Positions 11,864 through 22,926 are shown, counted from the stretch's first letter. The stretch is DNA of 64,000 nt from a virus (IMGVR_UViG_3300031418_000001), one strand, 5' to 3'. Notes: generated by a model not told the origin, from the sequence alone. Translations and numbers: made by a program.

Positions 11864-14257
11864 ATGGCTAATTTTAGTCCTAAGTGGGATTTAGTACTTG
11901 ACAGTACCACAATAATTGAAGGTCAAAGTACATACGCACGATTACGTCTATCTAAGCAAAGCAGCATAGATCCTAATTCCGATTATAATTTAAATACAGA
12001 CCAGTACTTACAGATTAGCTACACTATTAATCTAAACGGTGATGCAGTACAGGAAAGAGATTACAACATTTATGTTGGTGAAAATATCACATCCTTAATG
12101 CCTATGGCAGACGCTGGTACTGGTAATAATAAAATAAACGGAACACACGTAGTCAAATTTAATAAAAAAGAATTCAATCTAAGTTCTGATTACTTAGATA
12201 CCTATTTTATCGAGATTGTTTGTCCAGAAGATGGAATATGGGATGATTCACAAAATATATCTATTGTACTGAATTCAGTACAGTTGTATCAGGTAGATGG
12301 TGAACAAATACTTTCAATATCTGATAGTGGTATTATAGGTAACAGTACCGTCAAACTGTTATATGATAATACATTTGACACTTGGGTTACACCAGATTTA
12401 ACTACTCACCAAACAAATTTGTATACTATTGGTGAAGTTGCATACGGTTCAGAAAGCAGACTCTTTATTCAGGCTTATGGTTTCTCTCGGCCTTATGTTG
12501 AGAATGAAGACCGATTCATTGATGATCTATCAAATCGGGTTTTTGTTCCAACCTATAAACTCATTGATCTTGATATTGCTGCTATACCAGCTAACCATAT
12601 GACAGGTAAAGGTACAGTACTTAAACTTGACTCTAATGATGTAATATCCGAAGAAATGAAAGTACTTGTGATGGATGACACTACAAGTTTCGTAGATAGT
12701 GGATTAAAGTTTAATGGTAATGGTCAATTACTACAATCTTTATTATATGACTCAGAACCAGTTGATGCTTATTTTAAAGCAGAAATTGTCCCATTAACTT
12801 ATTATTATGCAGATCCATCTTCAGCATATTATGAAGGTAAAAGATTTAAAGCATATCAGATGTGGATTGCTCCTGATGACGTTTCGGTATTTGCAGAAAC
12901 ATCACAGCCTAAACCTGGTCATTTGTATCAACTTAAAGATACAAAGATATACCCGTATGTGGCAAAAACAGAAATCTATCAAGGTGAGTCTAAACTTATA
13001 TTTGATGAATCAGCTTGGAACGATTTAGGTGTATATTCAGAAAGTATGGGTGCATCTATTATTGGATTACAAAAAGTATTCAGAATAGTACTTAATAATG
13101 ACGATGGTTCAGGAATCAGCTTTGATACTGATCCTAATTTGGGTGTTATTCATGTAGGTGAATATTTTGGACATTCTAAATTTGCTAAAATTACTGCAAG
13201 TGGTTCAGACTTAATAACTTATACTATTAGTGATAAGTCTACTGATGATATTACAAAGTACAATCTGAACCTTACTGCTGATGGGTACATGGTTGGTACT
13301 GCATATTGTAAGACAATTGATTTTGATGAGAATGATGAAGTACCTTTAAAATTTACTGTAATAGCAACGAATAAGAAAGGAACTTCAATTGAACAGGAAT
13401 TCCAATTAACTATTATTCCAGGCTTTAGCCAGAATTACATTAGTAGTACACTCAATATGAGTACTGCATTTGAACGTAAATATTTTCAGTGCATTAGTTC
13501 GCAACAGTTTAACAACTACAAGTTTTACCGTGAATCAGACCCGCGTTATGGAAGACAAAAAGTACCTTCAATTCTGTTGAAAGAAAACTTTGTTAATCCT
13601 GCACAAGATTGGACTGATATTAAAGATGTTAAGAAGCGTTTACGTGATGGTATTATAGACACCGTTAATGGTGCTGTTATTCCTGATAGTGTGTTTCAGT
13701 ACGTTGTAGGTAATTATAAGGTAATTACTGCTGTTGATAACAACGGTAATGAATTATATGATGTACTTTACAGAGAAATGCTTCCATTTGGTTCAAATCC
13801 AAAACCAGAAACTGACCCAAGAAAATACAACGTTCAAGATTATTTCACATTAACTGAAGTATTCGGTATTCGTCAGAACGTTTTCAATATTCTCGGTGAA
13901 GATGTAAGGAATTTGAATGCAGATCCAGATGACTTCGAAAATCGTGCGGTAAGTGTTCCTGAACTCGATAACGTGAGTGTGGCAATGGTAGACACAGTAC
14001 CACGCTTTATGTCTCATGCTATGACGGATACAGGCGTTAAAAACGGCTATCGTCCTATGATGGTAGTTGCGTACTGTAATGCAGGTGAGGGTGATTTATT
14101 ATTTGATAACTTGGTTACATCATCAGAACATAAAAATATGTTAGGTGAAATAATTGAGGTACAGGTAGTGAACTTTACCTATTTCAGTGAAGAAGAAGGA
14201 AAGTATATTCAACAAGAATTTGCTATTCCTATCCCATTTAAATCACTAATGGCATAA
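11864..14257 (+). CDS. Putative virion structural protein (baseplate/tail-like)
   Basis: 797 aa, beta-rich, Ig/cadherin-like segment (GYMVGT..FTVIATN..G), late promoter upstream. Confidence 0.55.
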   Translation: MANFSPKWDLVLDSTTIIEGQSTYARLRLSKQSSIDPNSDYNLNTDQYLQISYTINLNGDAVQERDYNIYVGENITSLMPMADAGTGNNKINGTHVVKFNKKEFNLSSDYLDTYFIEIVCPEDGIWDDSQNISIVLNSVQLYQVDGEQILSISDSGIIGNSTVKLLYDNTFDTWVTPDLTTHQTNLYTIGEVAYGSESRLFIQAYGFSRPYVENEDRFIDDLSNRVFVPTYKLIDLDIAAIPANHMTGKGTVLKLDSNDVISEEMKVLVMDDTTSFVDSGLKFNGNGQLLQSLLYDSEPVDAYFKAEIVPLTYYYADPSSAYYEGKRFKAYQMWIAPDDVSVFAETSQPKPGHLYQLKDTKIYPYVAKTEIYQGESKLIFDESAWNDLGVYSESMGASIIGLQKVFRIVLNNDDGSGISFDTDPNLGVIHVGEYFGHSKFAKITASGSDLITYTISDKSTDDITKYNLNLTADGYMVGTAYCKTIDFDENDEVPLKFTVIATNKKGTSIEQEFQLTIIPGFSQNYISSTLNMSTAFERKYFQCISSQQFNNYKFYRESDPRYGRQKVPSILLKENFVNPAQDWTDIKDVKKRLRDGIIDTVNGAVIPDSVFQYVVGNYKVITAVDNNGNELYDVLYREMLPFGSNPKPETDPRKYNVQDYFTLTEVFGIRQNVFNILGEDVRNLNADPDDFENRAVSVPELDNVSVAMVDTVPRFMSHAMTDTGVKNGYRPMMVVAYCNAGEGDLLFDNLVTSSEHKNMLGEIIEVQVVNFTYFSEEEGKYIQQEFAIPIPFKSLMA

Positions 14258-14267
14258 GGAAAATATT

Positions 14268-14567
14268 ATGTTTAATCCATTCTTTGATACATCATCCTTG
14301 TCAGACAAGGAATTATTGAATAAGATAGATGAAATGAGTGCTCGTCTTGTACGAGCACGAATGAGCGGTATAAATTTTGAAATTATTGAGAACATGAAGA
14401 TTGTGATTATGTCATGTGAAGAAGAACTACGCACTCGTGCTGGTACTAAATCACTTCAAGAAATTCACAAAGAAGATTCTTGTATCTTTGAAAGTGACCG
14501 AGATTATACTAAAGAAGCTAAAACCGATGAAAGTACAAAAAAATCGATCAGTAGACCCCAATGGTAA
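14268..14567 (+). CDS. Hypothetical protein
   Basis: 99 aa with AAGGA RBS. Confidence 0.7.
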   Translation: MFNPFFDTSSLSDKELLNKIDEMSARLVRARMSGINFEIIENMKIVIMSCEEELRTRAGTKSLQEIHKEDSCIFESDRDYTKEAKTDESTKKSISRPQW

Positions 14568-15045
14568 TGTACTTCTTGATTTAAACGCAGCCGTGTATTC
14601 TATCAATGCAGGCTGCAACATTCATGATATACAAATACAGGATTTAAATTTAGATGAAATTACATTGTTTAATAAGCATTGTGCTGAGTTTGGGTTTGAA
14701 GAACGTATACTAAATAACGAAGTTAATCATGAAAACAATCATAACCTTTGGAAGTATGATCCAAGTTATGATAATATTAATCTTGAAGATTATTTTTTAA
14801 ATTTATGTAGTACTGAAATTGAGAAAGAAAGAGTACTATATGAATTAAAGTTGTACAAGGAGTACAACATGACAAAACTACTACGTTGTATGCTATGGCT
14901 GGTACATACCTTTGAAGAGAACAATATCTTTTGGGGTGTAGGCCGTGGTAGTTCAGTGAGTAGTTATTGCTTGTACTTAATAGGTTTGCATATGGTGGAC
15001 TCAATTAAGTACGACTTAAATGTACATGAATTTTTGAAATGGTAA
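14527..15045 (+). CDS. Stand-alone fragment of DNA polymerase III alpha (DnaE)
   Basis: WGVGRGSSVSSYCLYLIGLHMVDSIKYDL..EFLK matches DnaE GxGRGS..SLVAY.L.IT..DP...L.FERFL; ends before the PDxD motif. Confidence 0.8.
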   Translation: MKVQKNRSVDPNGNVLLDLNAAVYSINAGCNIHDIQIQDLNLDEITLFNKHCAEFGFEERILNNEVNHENNHNLWKYDPSYDNINLEDYFLNLCSTEIEKERVLYELKLYKEYNMTKLLRCMLWLVHTFEENNIFWGVGRGSSVSSYCLYLIGLHMVDSIKYDLNVHEFLKW

Positions 15046-15080
15046 TCATTTATGTGCTATACTATTAAAAGGAAATTAAT

Positions 15081-15476
15081 ATGAAACACGTAACTTATCG
15101 TGGTAAACACGTTGATATGGAACTTCTGCGTTTTAAAAACCAACACCAAGTAGCCGTTGGTAATCTTAACATGAATGCTCGTGGTGATGTGTTAGGCCGT
15201 GGCGGTGTTATTGTTAAAACACGTGAAGAACTTCTAAAAGAAACTGAGATTGAACTTACTAAGCCTGATTTCAATCCTGAATCACAGACTGCATCATATG
15301 CTCCTGAAATGGAAAAACTATCAGATGCACTGTTGAGTGGTGGGAAAGTACCTAAGTCTAAAGTACATGACTTTACAGATGATGATAACGATTTTGAACC
15401 ACCATCATTTGAAGAAAAAGAAGAAGTTCAGGAAGAAGCTAAAGCTCCTAAACGTGCACCACGCAAAAGTACCTAA
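15081..15476 (+). CDS. Hypothetical protein
   Basis: 131 aa downstream of a promoter motif, AAGGA RBS. Confidence 0.75.
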   Translation: MKHVTYRGKHVDMELLRFKNQHQVAVGNLNMNARGDVLGRGGVIVKTREELLKETEIELTKPDFNPESQTASYAPEMEKLSDALLSGGKVPKSKVHDFTDDDNDFEPPSFEEKEEVQEEAKAPKRAPRKST

Positions 15477-15487
15477 TGGAGTAAAAA

Positions 15488-15808
15488 ATGGAGTCGAAAA
15501 AAGTTCTTGAAGCATTTAAGGGTAAAGTACTGGTAACTAATCTTGATACTGGTGCACAAACTCTGAAATCTGGTATCATCATTCCAAATGATGACGGTAA
15601 AGTAAATGGAATCCATTCACGTTGGGCTAAAGTATATGCCGTTGGTTCTGATATTACCGATATTAAAGAAGGTGAGTACATTTTAGTAGCTCACGGTCGC
15701 TGGAGTCGTACTATCGAGTTGGATGGCGTAAAACTAAATCTCGTCGATTATCCAAATGGAGTACTTGCAGCAGCACCAGAAAGACCAGAATACAAATACC
15801 CACATTAA
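15488..15808 (+). CDS. groES: GroES-like co-chaperonin
   Basis: KVLV....G.QTLKSGIII...AKVYAVG.....IKEGEYIL. Confidence 0.85.
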   Translation: MESKKVLEAFKGKVLVTNLDTGAQTLKSGIIIPNDDGKVNGIHSRWAKVYAVGSDITDIKEGEYILVAHGRWSRTIELDGVKLNLVDYPNGVLAAAPERPEYKYPH

Positions 15809-15815
15809 TTTTATT

Positions 15816-15839
15816 AAGCCTCTTCTTAGAGGCTTTTTT
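15816..15839 (+). terminator. Rho-independent terminator
   Basis: aagcctct-tctt-agaggcttttttc. Confidence 0.8.
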
Positions 15840-15844
15840 CATGG

Positions 15845-16432
15845 ATGAATAAAATGAAAAAATATTTTTTATACGCAGACATTTATAGAGCAAAGATTAC
15901 AGATCGCCAGATCCGTGAGTACTTCAGAATGGCAATGGAAGATGTTGGAATTGAACATATGTACCTTGATAAACATCATGGTAAAGATTACAACGTTGAA
16001 AATCCGTCAAGTATTGAAGTTAAACAGGAAATTTTTGGTGCAGATAAAGGTAGAGGGTATCTTTACATTTTTCACGTTGAGAAAGAATTAAGTACTTCAC
16101 AAATTTCTCTTATCAAGAATTCATTGATTATGAACATCATGGGAGTTGTTGATATTAAAAGTGACGATGCACTTCAAGAGTTCAGTTATGTTGTTCGCAG
16201 TCTGAAGAGAATGATTAAACATAATGAATGGTCAGTTGATAATATTGAAAAAACATATCCTAAGATTAAATATCTTGATTTTGAGAAAGAATATAACGCA
16301 CGGGATGTACTTAAGGAAATCAAGTCCAATAGACGTACTTCTTCATGGAATGTTAATGAACAAATCCATACGTATTTTAAAGTAAAAAGAGCACAACTTA
16401 AATTACAAGAACTTCTATGCGGAAAAAACTGA
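15845..16432 (+). CDS. Hypothetical protein
   Basis: 195-aa ORF. Confidence 0.7.
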   Translation: MNKMKKYFLYADIYRAKITDRQIREYFRMAMEDVGIEHMYLDKHHGKDYNVENPSSIEVKQEIFGADKGRGYLYIFHVEKELSTSQISLIKNSLIMNIMGVVDIKSDDALQEFSYVVRSLKRMIKHNEWSVDNIEKTYPKIKYLDFEKEYNARDVLKEIKSNRRTSSWNVNEQIHTYFKVKRAQLKLQELLCGKN

Positions 16433-16494
16433 AATAGATCTAATTTATGTCCTATACTACACATGAATTAACATTTAAAAGGTGATTTAAATCA

Positions 16495-16803
16495 ATGAGT
16501 GCTGATAACGTAATTGTTTTTAGTGAACTTGAAATTGTTTCCAAGACGGGTGAATTTTATTACCAGTTGGGATTGAATAGTACAAGAGTACTTAAAGCTG
16601 ATGAAGAAACATTCAAAAATATGTTAGTTGCCACCGCACATACATATCAAAAAACAAAAGAAAAATACGGTGACTCATCCATTCAAACCAGTAAGGCACT
16701 TCGTACATATAAGTTCTACGAAGACCAAATTGATTTGGGTAAAGGTGATATGTTCACAGCATTACTCTATCCATTTACTCAATGGGTAGCAATTCAATAC
16801 TAA
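16495..16803 (+). CDS. Hypothetical protein
   Basis: 102 aa after a promoter motif, AGGTG RBS. Confidence 0.7.
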   Translation: MSADNVIVFSELEIVSKTGEFYYQLGLNSTRVLKADEETFKNMLVATAHTYQKTKEKYGDSSIQTSKALRTYKFYEDQIDLGKGDMFTALLYPFTQWVAIQY

Positions 16804-16860
16804 TTAATATCAATTAATACCAAGCCTGATGCTTGGTATATCTTTTTATAAGGACATAAA

Positions 16861-17814
16861 ATGAAAAACGCTCTATGGACAGAAAAGTATCGCCCAAAAT
16901 CAGTTGAAGATTATGTATTTAAAAACCCAGCATTTAAACAAAAAATGTTGGATTGGATTAAAACTGGTGATATTCCACATATTGGTTTATTCGGCCCTGC
17001 TGGTACTGGTAAAACTTCTGCACTTCAAGTACTACTGAATGGTCTTGAAGCTAACGGTCATATTGATAGTTCTGAAGTAGAGTACTTCAATATGAGTGAT
17101 GAAGGTATGGATGCAGTGCGTGAACGTATTCTACCAAGTGCTGGTATGGTGTGTATGGGTAAGTATCGTGTGTTCGTTCTTGAAGAAATGGAAATGATGA
17201 GCCAGAAATCACAAGGTTCATTGAAACGTGTGATGGAAGACTTTGCTGATAATGCACGATTCATTCTTACTTCTAACGCAATGCATCGTATTCTTCCACC
17301 TATCCGTTCACGTGTACAAAGTATTATGCTTGATACACATAACCAGGAAGAATTCATGACACATATTCTCGGTATTCTTATTAAAGAGAATGTTGATATG
17401 GGTTCAAGTAATGCACTTGAAGCTGTTGATCGTATTTGCCGTAGCACATGGCCCGACTTCCGTAAGGCACTAAACACCTTACAGAGTACTATTGTTGACG
17501 GTAAAATTCTTCAGTTAGAAGATAAAGTAGATAGCTCAACTGATTATAAAACTGCGATTATTGAAGCAGCTAAAAATAGCCGTATTGGTGAAATGCGTCA
17601 ACTGATTGTTAAAAACATTCCAGAAGATGAAATGGATGAATTCTTTTCATTCCTGTTCCGTAATGTAAACCTATTCAGTGAAGACCCGATGATCCAGAAC
17701 CATCTAATTCTAACTATTCGTGATGGTATGGTTAAAAGTACCATGTGTGCTGATTCAGAACTTAACCTGAGTGCAGTACTAATTGAAATGGACAAAATTG
17801 TAAAAGGTATGTAA
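16861..17814 (+). CDS. Sliding-clamp loader AAA+ subunit (gp44/RFC small subunit-like)
   Basis: WTEKYRP, GPAGTGKT, FILTSN, PIRSR, PDFRK. Confidence 0.92.
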   Translation: MKNALWTEKYRPKSVEDYVFKNPAFKQKMLDWIKTGDIPHIGLFGPAGTGKTSALQVLLNGLEANGHIDSSEVEYFNMSDEGMDAVRERILPSAGMVCMGKYRVFVLEEMEMMSQKSQGSLKRVMEDFADNARFILTSNAMHRILPPIRSRVQSIMLDTHNQEEFMTHILGILIKENVDMGSSNALEAVDRICRSTWPDFRKALNTLQSTIVDGKILQLEDKVDSSTDYKTAIIEAAKNSRIGEMRQLIVKNIPEDEMDEFFSFLFRNVNLFSEDPMIQNHLILTIRDGMVKSTMCADSELNLSAVLIEMDKIVKGM

Positions 17815-17815
17815 T

Positions 17816-18454
17816 TTGAAAAAGAAAGCAATAGTGTTTGACTGTGATGATATTTTACTGGACTACATGGGCGGTATTAAATCTTTTCTGGATATTCACT
17901 ATAATATTAAACCGGATGGTTTACCAACCGATTACGTTCTTGATGAATGGGCTGGTATTTCTGGTAATAAGATGATGAAAATCATTTCTCATTTCAATGA
18001 GAGATCTTATGAATTCGGTTTACTTAAACCAGTACATCACCGAACTGCTGAACTTATGAATGTTCTTTATCGTACCGCACGTGGTCAGATTGATTTTATC
18101 ATTCTTACTAAAAGTGGTACTTTGGGTCATGGTGAAGTACTTCGTAAAGTTAACTTAATGAATGTATTCGGTGATATTTTCAAAAACACTATTATTATTG
18201 AAAAGTATGAATCCAAAAAAGGTTCTATATTAAAGATCCAGCAGGATTATGACATTCTGTGCTTTATCGACGATTACGTAAAGAATATTGATGATGCTGT
18301 ATCTTGTGGTGTTAATTCTGTAGTACTTGATCGTACTCACAATATTAAACACAAAGAATCTGGAAAGTATACTTTTATGAAGGATTGGGTTGAATTATAT
18401 AAGTACCTTGATAATTTAATCTATGATAACATAGTACTAACAGACATGGAGTAG
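17816..18454 (+). CDS. HAD-family 5'(3')-deoxyribonucleotidase-like protein
   Basis: FDCDDILLD motif I, FIDD motif IV. Confidence 0.8.
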   Translation: MKKKAIVFDCDDILLDYMGGIKSFLDIHYNIKPDGLPTDYVLDEWAGISGNKMMKIISHFNERSYEFGLLKPVHHRTAELMNVLYRTARGQIDFIILTKSGTLGHGEVLRKVNLMNVFGDIFKNTIIIEKYESKKGSILKIQQDYDILCFIDDYVKNIDDAVSCGVNSVVLDRTHNIKHKESGKYTFMKDWVELYKYLDNLIYDNIVLTDME

Positions 18455-18456
18455 TT

Positions 18457-19113
18457 ATGAACGAACAACAAAAGGATTTGTTGAGAAAAAATCTGGACAA
18501 TCAGTTAGATTACCTTGAAAGTATTCAGGATAATTTGATTGCTTATGCTTCCCTAAAAAATTGGATGAAAAAAGCATTAGTTGATAATTGCAAATCAGAA
18601 CTTCTGATGCTGGGTTATTCAAAGAAAGATTTATTGCTAAGTTTTAAAGAGCAAATAAGTTTTCCACAAAAAGATTTTATGGAAATTATTGTCCCTCTTT
18701 CATCATGGCCTAACGTATATGATACTAATCTTAAAAGTATTAATCCAGGTGACAAGAGGTTTTATGTAGTGAATTCAAACCATCCTAAATATAAAAACTT
18801 TATGCTTAGTGTTGGTTTATTGGATGCTAATTTCAAGACAGGGTTTGTCATTGATAGTGGTTATACTACGAGTTTAGAAAATTATGTACAAAACAATGGA
18901 AAAACAAAAATAACTTCTCGTTGTATTCTTGAATTTCATAATTCAATGATTAAATTAGAAAATTATAATTTTCCAAAAAATATAGCTGAACTTAATAATT
19001 ACATGTACTATATGAACTCCGTGGAAAGTCTTTACAGTAAAATTGAGGACTTTGGTGTTGAAAACCTGAAGAATCGTATACTGGAAGCACTGGAATCAGA
19101 AAAAAGTAAATAA
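18457..19113 (+). CDS. Hypothetical protein
   Basis: 218-aa ORF. Confidence 0.7.
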   Translation: MNEQQKDLLRKNLDNQLDYLESIQDNLIAYASLKNWMKKALVDNCKSELLMLGYSKKDLLLSFKEQISFPQKDFMEIIVPLSSWPNVYDTNLKSINPGDKRFYVVNSNHPKYKNFMLSVGLLDANFKTGFVIDSGYTTSLENYVQNNGKTKITSRCILEFHNSMIKLENYNFPKNIAELNNYMYYMNSVESLYSKIEDFGVENLKNRILEALESEKSK

Positions 19114-19146
19114 GTTAAATGTTAATTACTTTTTGAGGATTCTAAC

Positions 19147-19737
19147 ATGTTAAACGACAATATGAGTATCAATAATAACGGTACTGTGCAACGTCTGTAT
19201 GATCAAGACGGCTTACTTGATATTCTGTTAGGTGTAGAAGAGTATTTTGACGGCATGGATTTATATGCTTATAAGAACTGGATTGAAGGTGAAATAGTTG
19301 AAGGCCCAAATGTTACCAAATATTGGGTTGAACTTACTCTTAAGTACTACCAAGATACTTTTCCCGATCCACGAGCATTACTAATTTTTGACCGTCAAGG
19401 TACTAAAGTTTTTACACGTAAAGATTTTGAGAACCGCCCGATTGAACATCCACGCGGTAATGAAGATATGGAAACAATGACGGGTAGCTACTCGGCGGTA
19501 CAAAAACCTAAACTTGAACGTATTCCTATTCTATTGATTAAATTTCAGATCCCACGTAGATTAGTGAATCCTGAAAGTTTCGATGAATACAAACTGATGG
19601 CAACTGATTTTAATAATAACGCACTTCTTCAGGATGAAGAACAACAAGAACCTGAACAGCAAGTTCAAGAACAGCCTGAAGATGATGGCGATCTTGATTT
19701 TGATGAAATGGGAGGAATGGATGAGCAAAATACTTAA
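19147..19737 (+). CDS. Hypothetical protein with acidic C-terminal tail
   Basis: 196 aa, GAGG RBS. Confidence 0.75.
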   Translation: MLNDNMSINNNGTVQRLYDQDGLLDILLGVEEYFDGMDLYAYKNWIEGEIVEGPNVTKYWVELTLKYYQDTFPDPRALLIFDRQGTKVFTRKDFENRPIEHPRGNEDMETMTGSYSAVQKPKLERIPILLIKFQIPRRLVNPESFDEYKLMATDFNNNALLQDEEQQEPEQQVQEQPEDDGDLDFDEMGGMDEQNT

Positions 19738-20404
19738 TGAGAAATCGTTAAAACCTGAAGTACTAAAGGATTTAATTCATCCTATAATCAGCATTGATGA
19801 GTACACACCAAAGATCAACGATTCAAATATTGTTGTTAACTTTAAAGTACTTGATAATTTTGATGCTGCCTATGATCTCAGTTCTTTTATCGAACGTTCA
19901 CCTGAAGAAGTAGTTGATACAGAAGCGGTTGAAACTCCTGACGTAGATGGATTTTATAATGTGTTCGTTGAAATGGAACGCAATGCTGAATTCCCCGAAA
20001 GCCTTGTACGTCTGATTAAAGATATCGAGAACCTTTCACCGAATGTACAATGGAAATTACAGCTTTATCGTGTTAATGATCCAGTAGATTTGGACGTTAA
20101 GAAATTATCAAAGAATATTAAACTTAATGCTGAAGATGAACTACGTGAGTTCTTTGATTATGCTGCGGTTGAACTTAATGTTCTTGAAGAAGGATTTGAG
20201 TTAAAAAGCGTATATGGTTCAGTACTTAAGTATAGTAATGATTCAGGATTCATCAGTGAAGATACTGCTAAGTTTAAACTTAAACAGGATACACGCTTAG
20301 ATGAAACTAAGTTAAGTTCAGTACTCGGTTCTGAGTATGATGTATTGAAGTCCGGTTCTGAACTGATTGTTGGACGAAATGGAAAATACATTATATTGAG
20401 GTAA
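19721..20404 (+). CDS. Hypothetical protein
   Basis: ATG 19721 after GGAGG RBS; begins MSKILNE. Confidence 0.75.
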   Translation: MSKILNEKSLKPEVLKDLIHPIISIDEYTPKINDSNIVVNFKVLDNFDAAYDLSSFIERSPEEVVDTEAVETPDVDGFYNVFVEMERNAEFPESLVRLIKDIENLSPNVQWKLQLYRVNDPVDLDVKKLSKNIKLNAEDELREFFDYAAVELNVLEEGFELKSVYGSVLKYSNDSGFISEDTAKFKLKQDTRLDETKLSSVLGSEYDVLKSGSELIVGRNGKYIILR

Positions 20405-20405
20405 C

Positions 20406-21200
20406 ATGAGAGTACTTAACCTGCTTAAAGCACTCCATGAAAGTACACGTTGTGAGCTACAAAAGCATTCTAATATTGGCTTAACTAAAAGAATGTACTG
20501 CCGTGCATATGAAATTAATCGCATAGGTAAGAACTATGATGATTACAACAGGCAAGATATAAGTACTGAATTTATTTTAACATCATACCTTGCTCGTAAG
20601 GTTTTTATAAATGAAAAATACTTACGGGGAAGGTTCTATTATGATGATGAATATCAGAATGAAATTAAATTCACAAATGGATTGTGGAAGATCTACAGTT
20701 TAGAAGTATTCAATGAAGTACTTCCAGAACTTCCGGTTCCAGAGACATACAAAGAACTTGAACGTATCTTCATGGATAAGAAAAATACAAAATCTTTTAG
20801 TTTATACAAAACGGTCAAGAGTGCGGTAATCCACAGTACTCTGACAGATTCCAAGTACTGTACCAGTATAAAGGATTTTGACCTGTTTTGCTGTTTGCCA
20901 GGGATACCAGGTTGGACTTCAGTACAACACGGTGCATCACTCGTTGATGGTCGTAGAGAAGCCCCACAAAGGTTGTTTCAGGCAAGCATGGGAATGTATC
21001 GCTATGACCATCTTAATGCTAATGAACCTTATAAAAACTTTTGGAAAAAAGAGGCTCAAATGGCATTGACAAAGGCGATCACTCTATGGGAGAATCAGTA
21101 CATAACGAAGTTTCGTAACGCTACGATGTACGATTCAACTCCCTTACCAGAAAGATTTATTCCTGTTTCGGAGTTTAATTGGAACATTAAGAGGACTTAA
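20406..21200 (+). CDS. Hypothetical protein
   Basis: 264 aa, GAGG RBS. Confidence 0.7.
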   Translation: MRVLNLLKALHESTRCELQKHSNIGLTKRMYCRAYEINRIGKNYDDYNRQDISTEFILTSYLARKVFINEKYLRGRFYYDDEYQNEIKFTNGLWKIYSLEVFNEVLPELPVPETYKELERIFMDKKNTKSFSLYKTVKSAVIHSTLTDSKYCTSIKDFDLFCCLPGIPGWTSVQHGASLVDGRREAPQRLFQASMGMYRYDHLNANEPYKNFWKKEAQMALTKAITLWENQYITKFRNATMYDSTPLPERFIPVSEFNWNIKRT

Positions 21201-21245
21201 TTTGTTAAGTCCTTTTTCTTTTGCCAAATTAAAGGGAATAAAAAT

Positions 21246-22124
21246 ATGAGTACTTATGCTTGCGGATTAGATCCAGAAGAAAAATTAAAATCCTTACGTG
21301 GCAGTGCAAAAGAACGTGAGAAAGAATTTACACTAACTGAACAAACTCTGATAACTCTTTTCCGCAAGAATAATGGTACTTGTGATTACACTGGAAAACC
21401 GTTCATCAATGATGTTAATAATGATATGTGTCCAAGTGTTGATCGTATCAGTCCTTTCCGTGGATACATCGCTGGTAACATCATTTTGTGTACTCGTAGA
21501 GCGAACAACCTTAAAGAACGTTATTTTGAAAGTAAAAGTTTAGTGCATATCAATAGTGATGATATGTCTGAATGCTATGACATTTATACTAAACTTATTG
21601 ATCCAGTTAAACTCAGTATGTTGTCATTAAATGGGGTAACACATATTCCTCATGTAAAAACTCGTACTCTCATTAATCGGTTCTTTGAGAAAGTACTACG
21701 TACAATTCAGTTAGGATTACCAGTACCTTCTGAGTTACGTGATGCGGCTACAGGTACTACTACTGATGATACAGATGAATCTGTGCAGGATAATAGCATG
21801 TTGGTAGTACAAGAGGTCACAGTGGCACCTGATTATGCTTTGTGTAAAAAATACATTGAATTCTGTGATAAGCATATTACATCTTTATCACTTAAAGAAT
21901 TCAGTACTAAATTCCAGCAACCTATTTGTGATTTCAGTTTAAATGCAATCACTGAACGTGAACTATTTGTAATTGATAGTTCAAAAGATGTAACTGCTAA
22001 CAACCTGTTAGTAGTGGATTCGAAGTACATTAAAGTACTTAATGCTATGAAAGAAAGTTCTATTAATTTCGAACAATTTAATATCTACGTAAACAATATT
22101 TGTAAAGTAATCAATAAGGAATAA
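21246..22124 (+). CDS. Protein with HNH-like endonuclease domain
   Basis: CDYTG...PSVDRI....GY..GNIILC...ANNLK. Confidence 0.6.
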   Translation: MSTYACGLDPEEKLKSLRGSAKEREKEFTLTEQTLITLFRKNNGTCDYTGKPFINDVNNDMCPSVDRISPFRGYIAGNIILCTRRANNLKERYFESKSLVHINSDDMSECYDIYTKLIDPVKLSMLSLNGVTHIPHVKTRTLINRFFEKVLRTIQLGLPVPSELRDAATGTTTDDTDESVQDNSMLVVQEVTVAPDYALCKKYIEFCDKHITSLSLKEFSTKFQQPICDFSLNAITERELFVIDSSKDVTANNLLVVDSKYIKVLNAMKESSINFEQFNIYVNNICKVINKE

Positions 22125-22126
22125 CT

Positions 22127-22543
22127 ATGTCTAAGAAGCTAAAATTTCATTTCACAGAAGGCCACACTCACATTGCTACTGGCGTAGTTAATATGTGGAA
22201 TTCATCAGATGCGTTTGTTTACAGTACCTTCAAAGAAAATGATGGTATTGTAACAAGTTCTGATGTTACAGTTCCAATGCATGATGTATTGTACATTGAA
22301 GTACTTGATGATGCTGGTGGTATTACAGTTGTGCCTGGCCTGATCACATCTTTCAGTGCTGTTCCTAACGCTGCACAAGTAGACAAAGTACAGAAAGATC
22401 TGCAAAACAAAAAAGAAGCAGATGAAAAATTCCTGAAGGAAAAAGAAATTAAACGCCAGAAAACTGCTCAGCGTAAAAAAGAACAACACGCTAAGCATCT
22501 TGGTATTACAGTAGAACAGCTTGAAAGTCTACATAAAAAGTAA
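22127..22543 (+). CDS. Hypothetical protein
   Basis: 138 aa, basic helical C-terminus. Confidence 0.7.
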   Translation: MSKKLKFHFTEGHTHIATGVVNMWNSSDAFVYSTFKENDGIVTSSDVTVPMHDVLYIEVLDDAGGITVVPGLITSFSAVPNAAQVDKVQKDLQNKKEADEKFLKEKEIKRQKTAQRKKEQHAKHLGITVEQLESLHKK

Positions 22544-22926
22544 TAGTTATATCCCAGGGGGAGCCTTAAAAGGTTCCCTTTTTAATTAGGAAGTATGTGT
22601 GTACATTCGTAATTTGATTTATACAGCTATATGTTTTGTGCTTTGTAGCGTGTTATTGTATGCTATGGCCTCTAACAATCCTGAACCAGACGTTCAGGTA
22701 CTCCAGCTTGAAGATATTATAACAAATCCACAGGACTTATCAGTACTACATAGCCTTGGAGTAAAAGGCTTCGTGTGCGTTAAAGAGAAGGGTTCTGATA
22801 AGGTTTTATGCTCCAAAAAACGCATACAGCCAGACGGCTGAAAGATCAAAAAGTCAACGATTTCAAGCAGTTAAATTTCCAAAAAATAGTCCAAATGATA
22901 TTTCGTGAAAAAAATGATATTTTCCC

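Noticed and set aside
22893-22922. Fur box upstream of the ter cluster
   Set aside because: Only a direct repeat aaatgatattt; it does not form the 19-bp Fur inverted consensus. Kept only as a possible operator.
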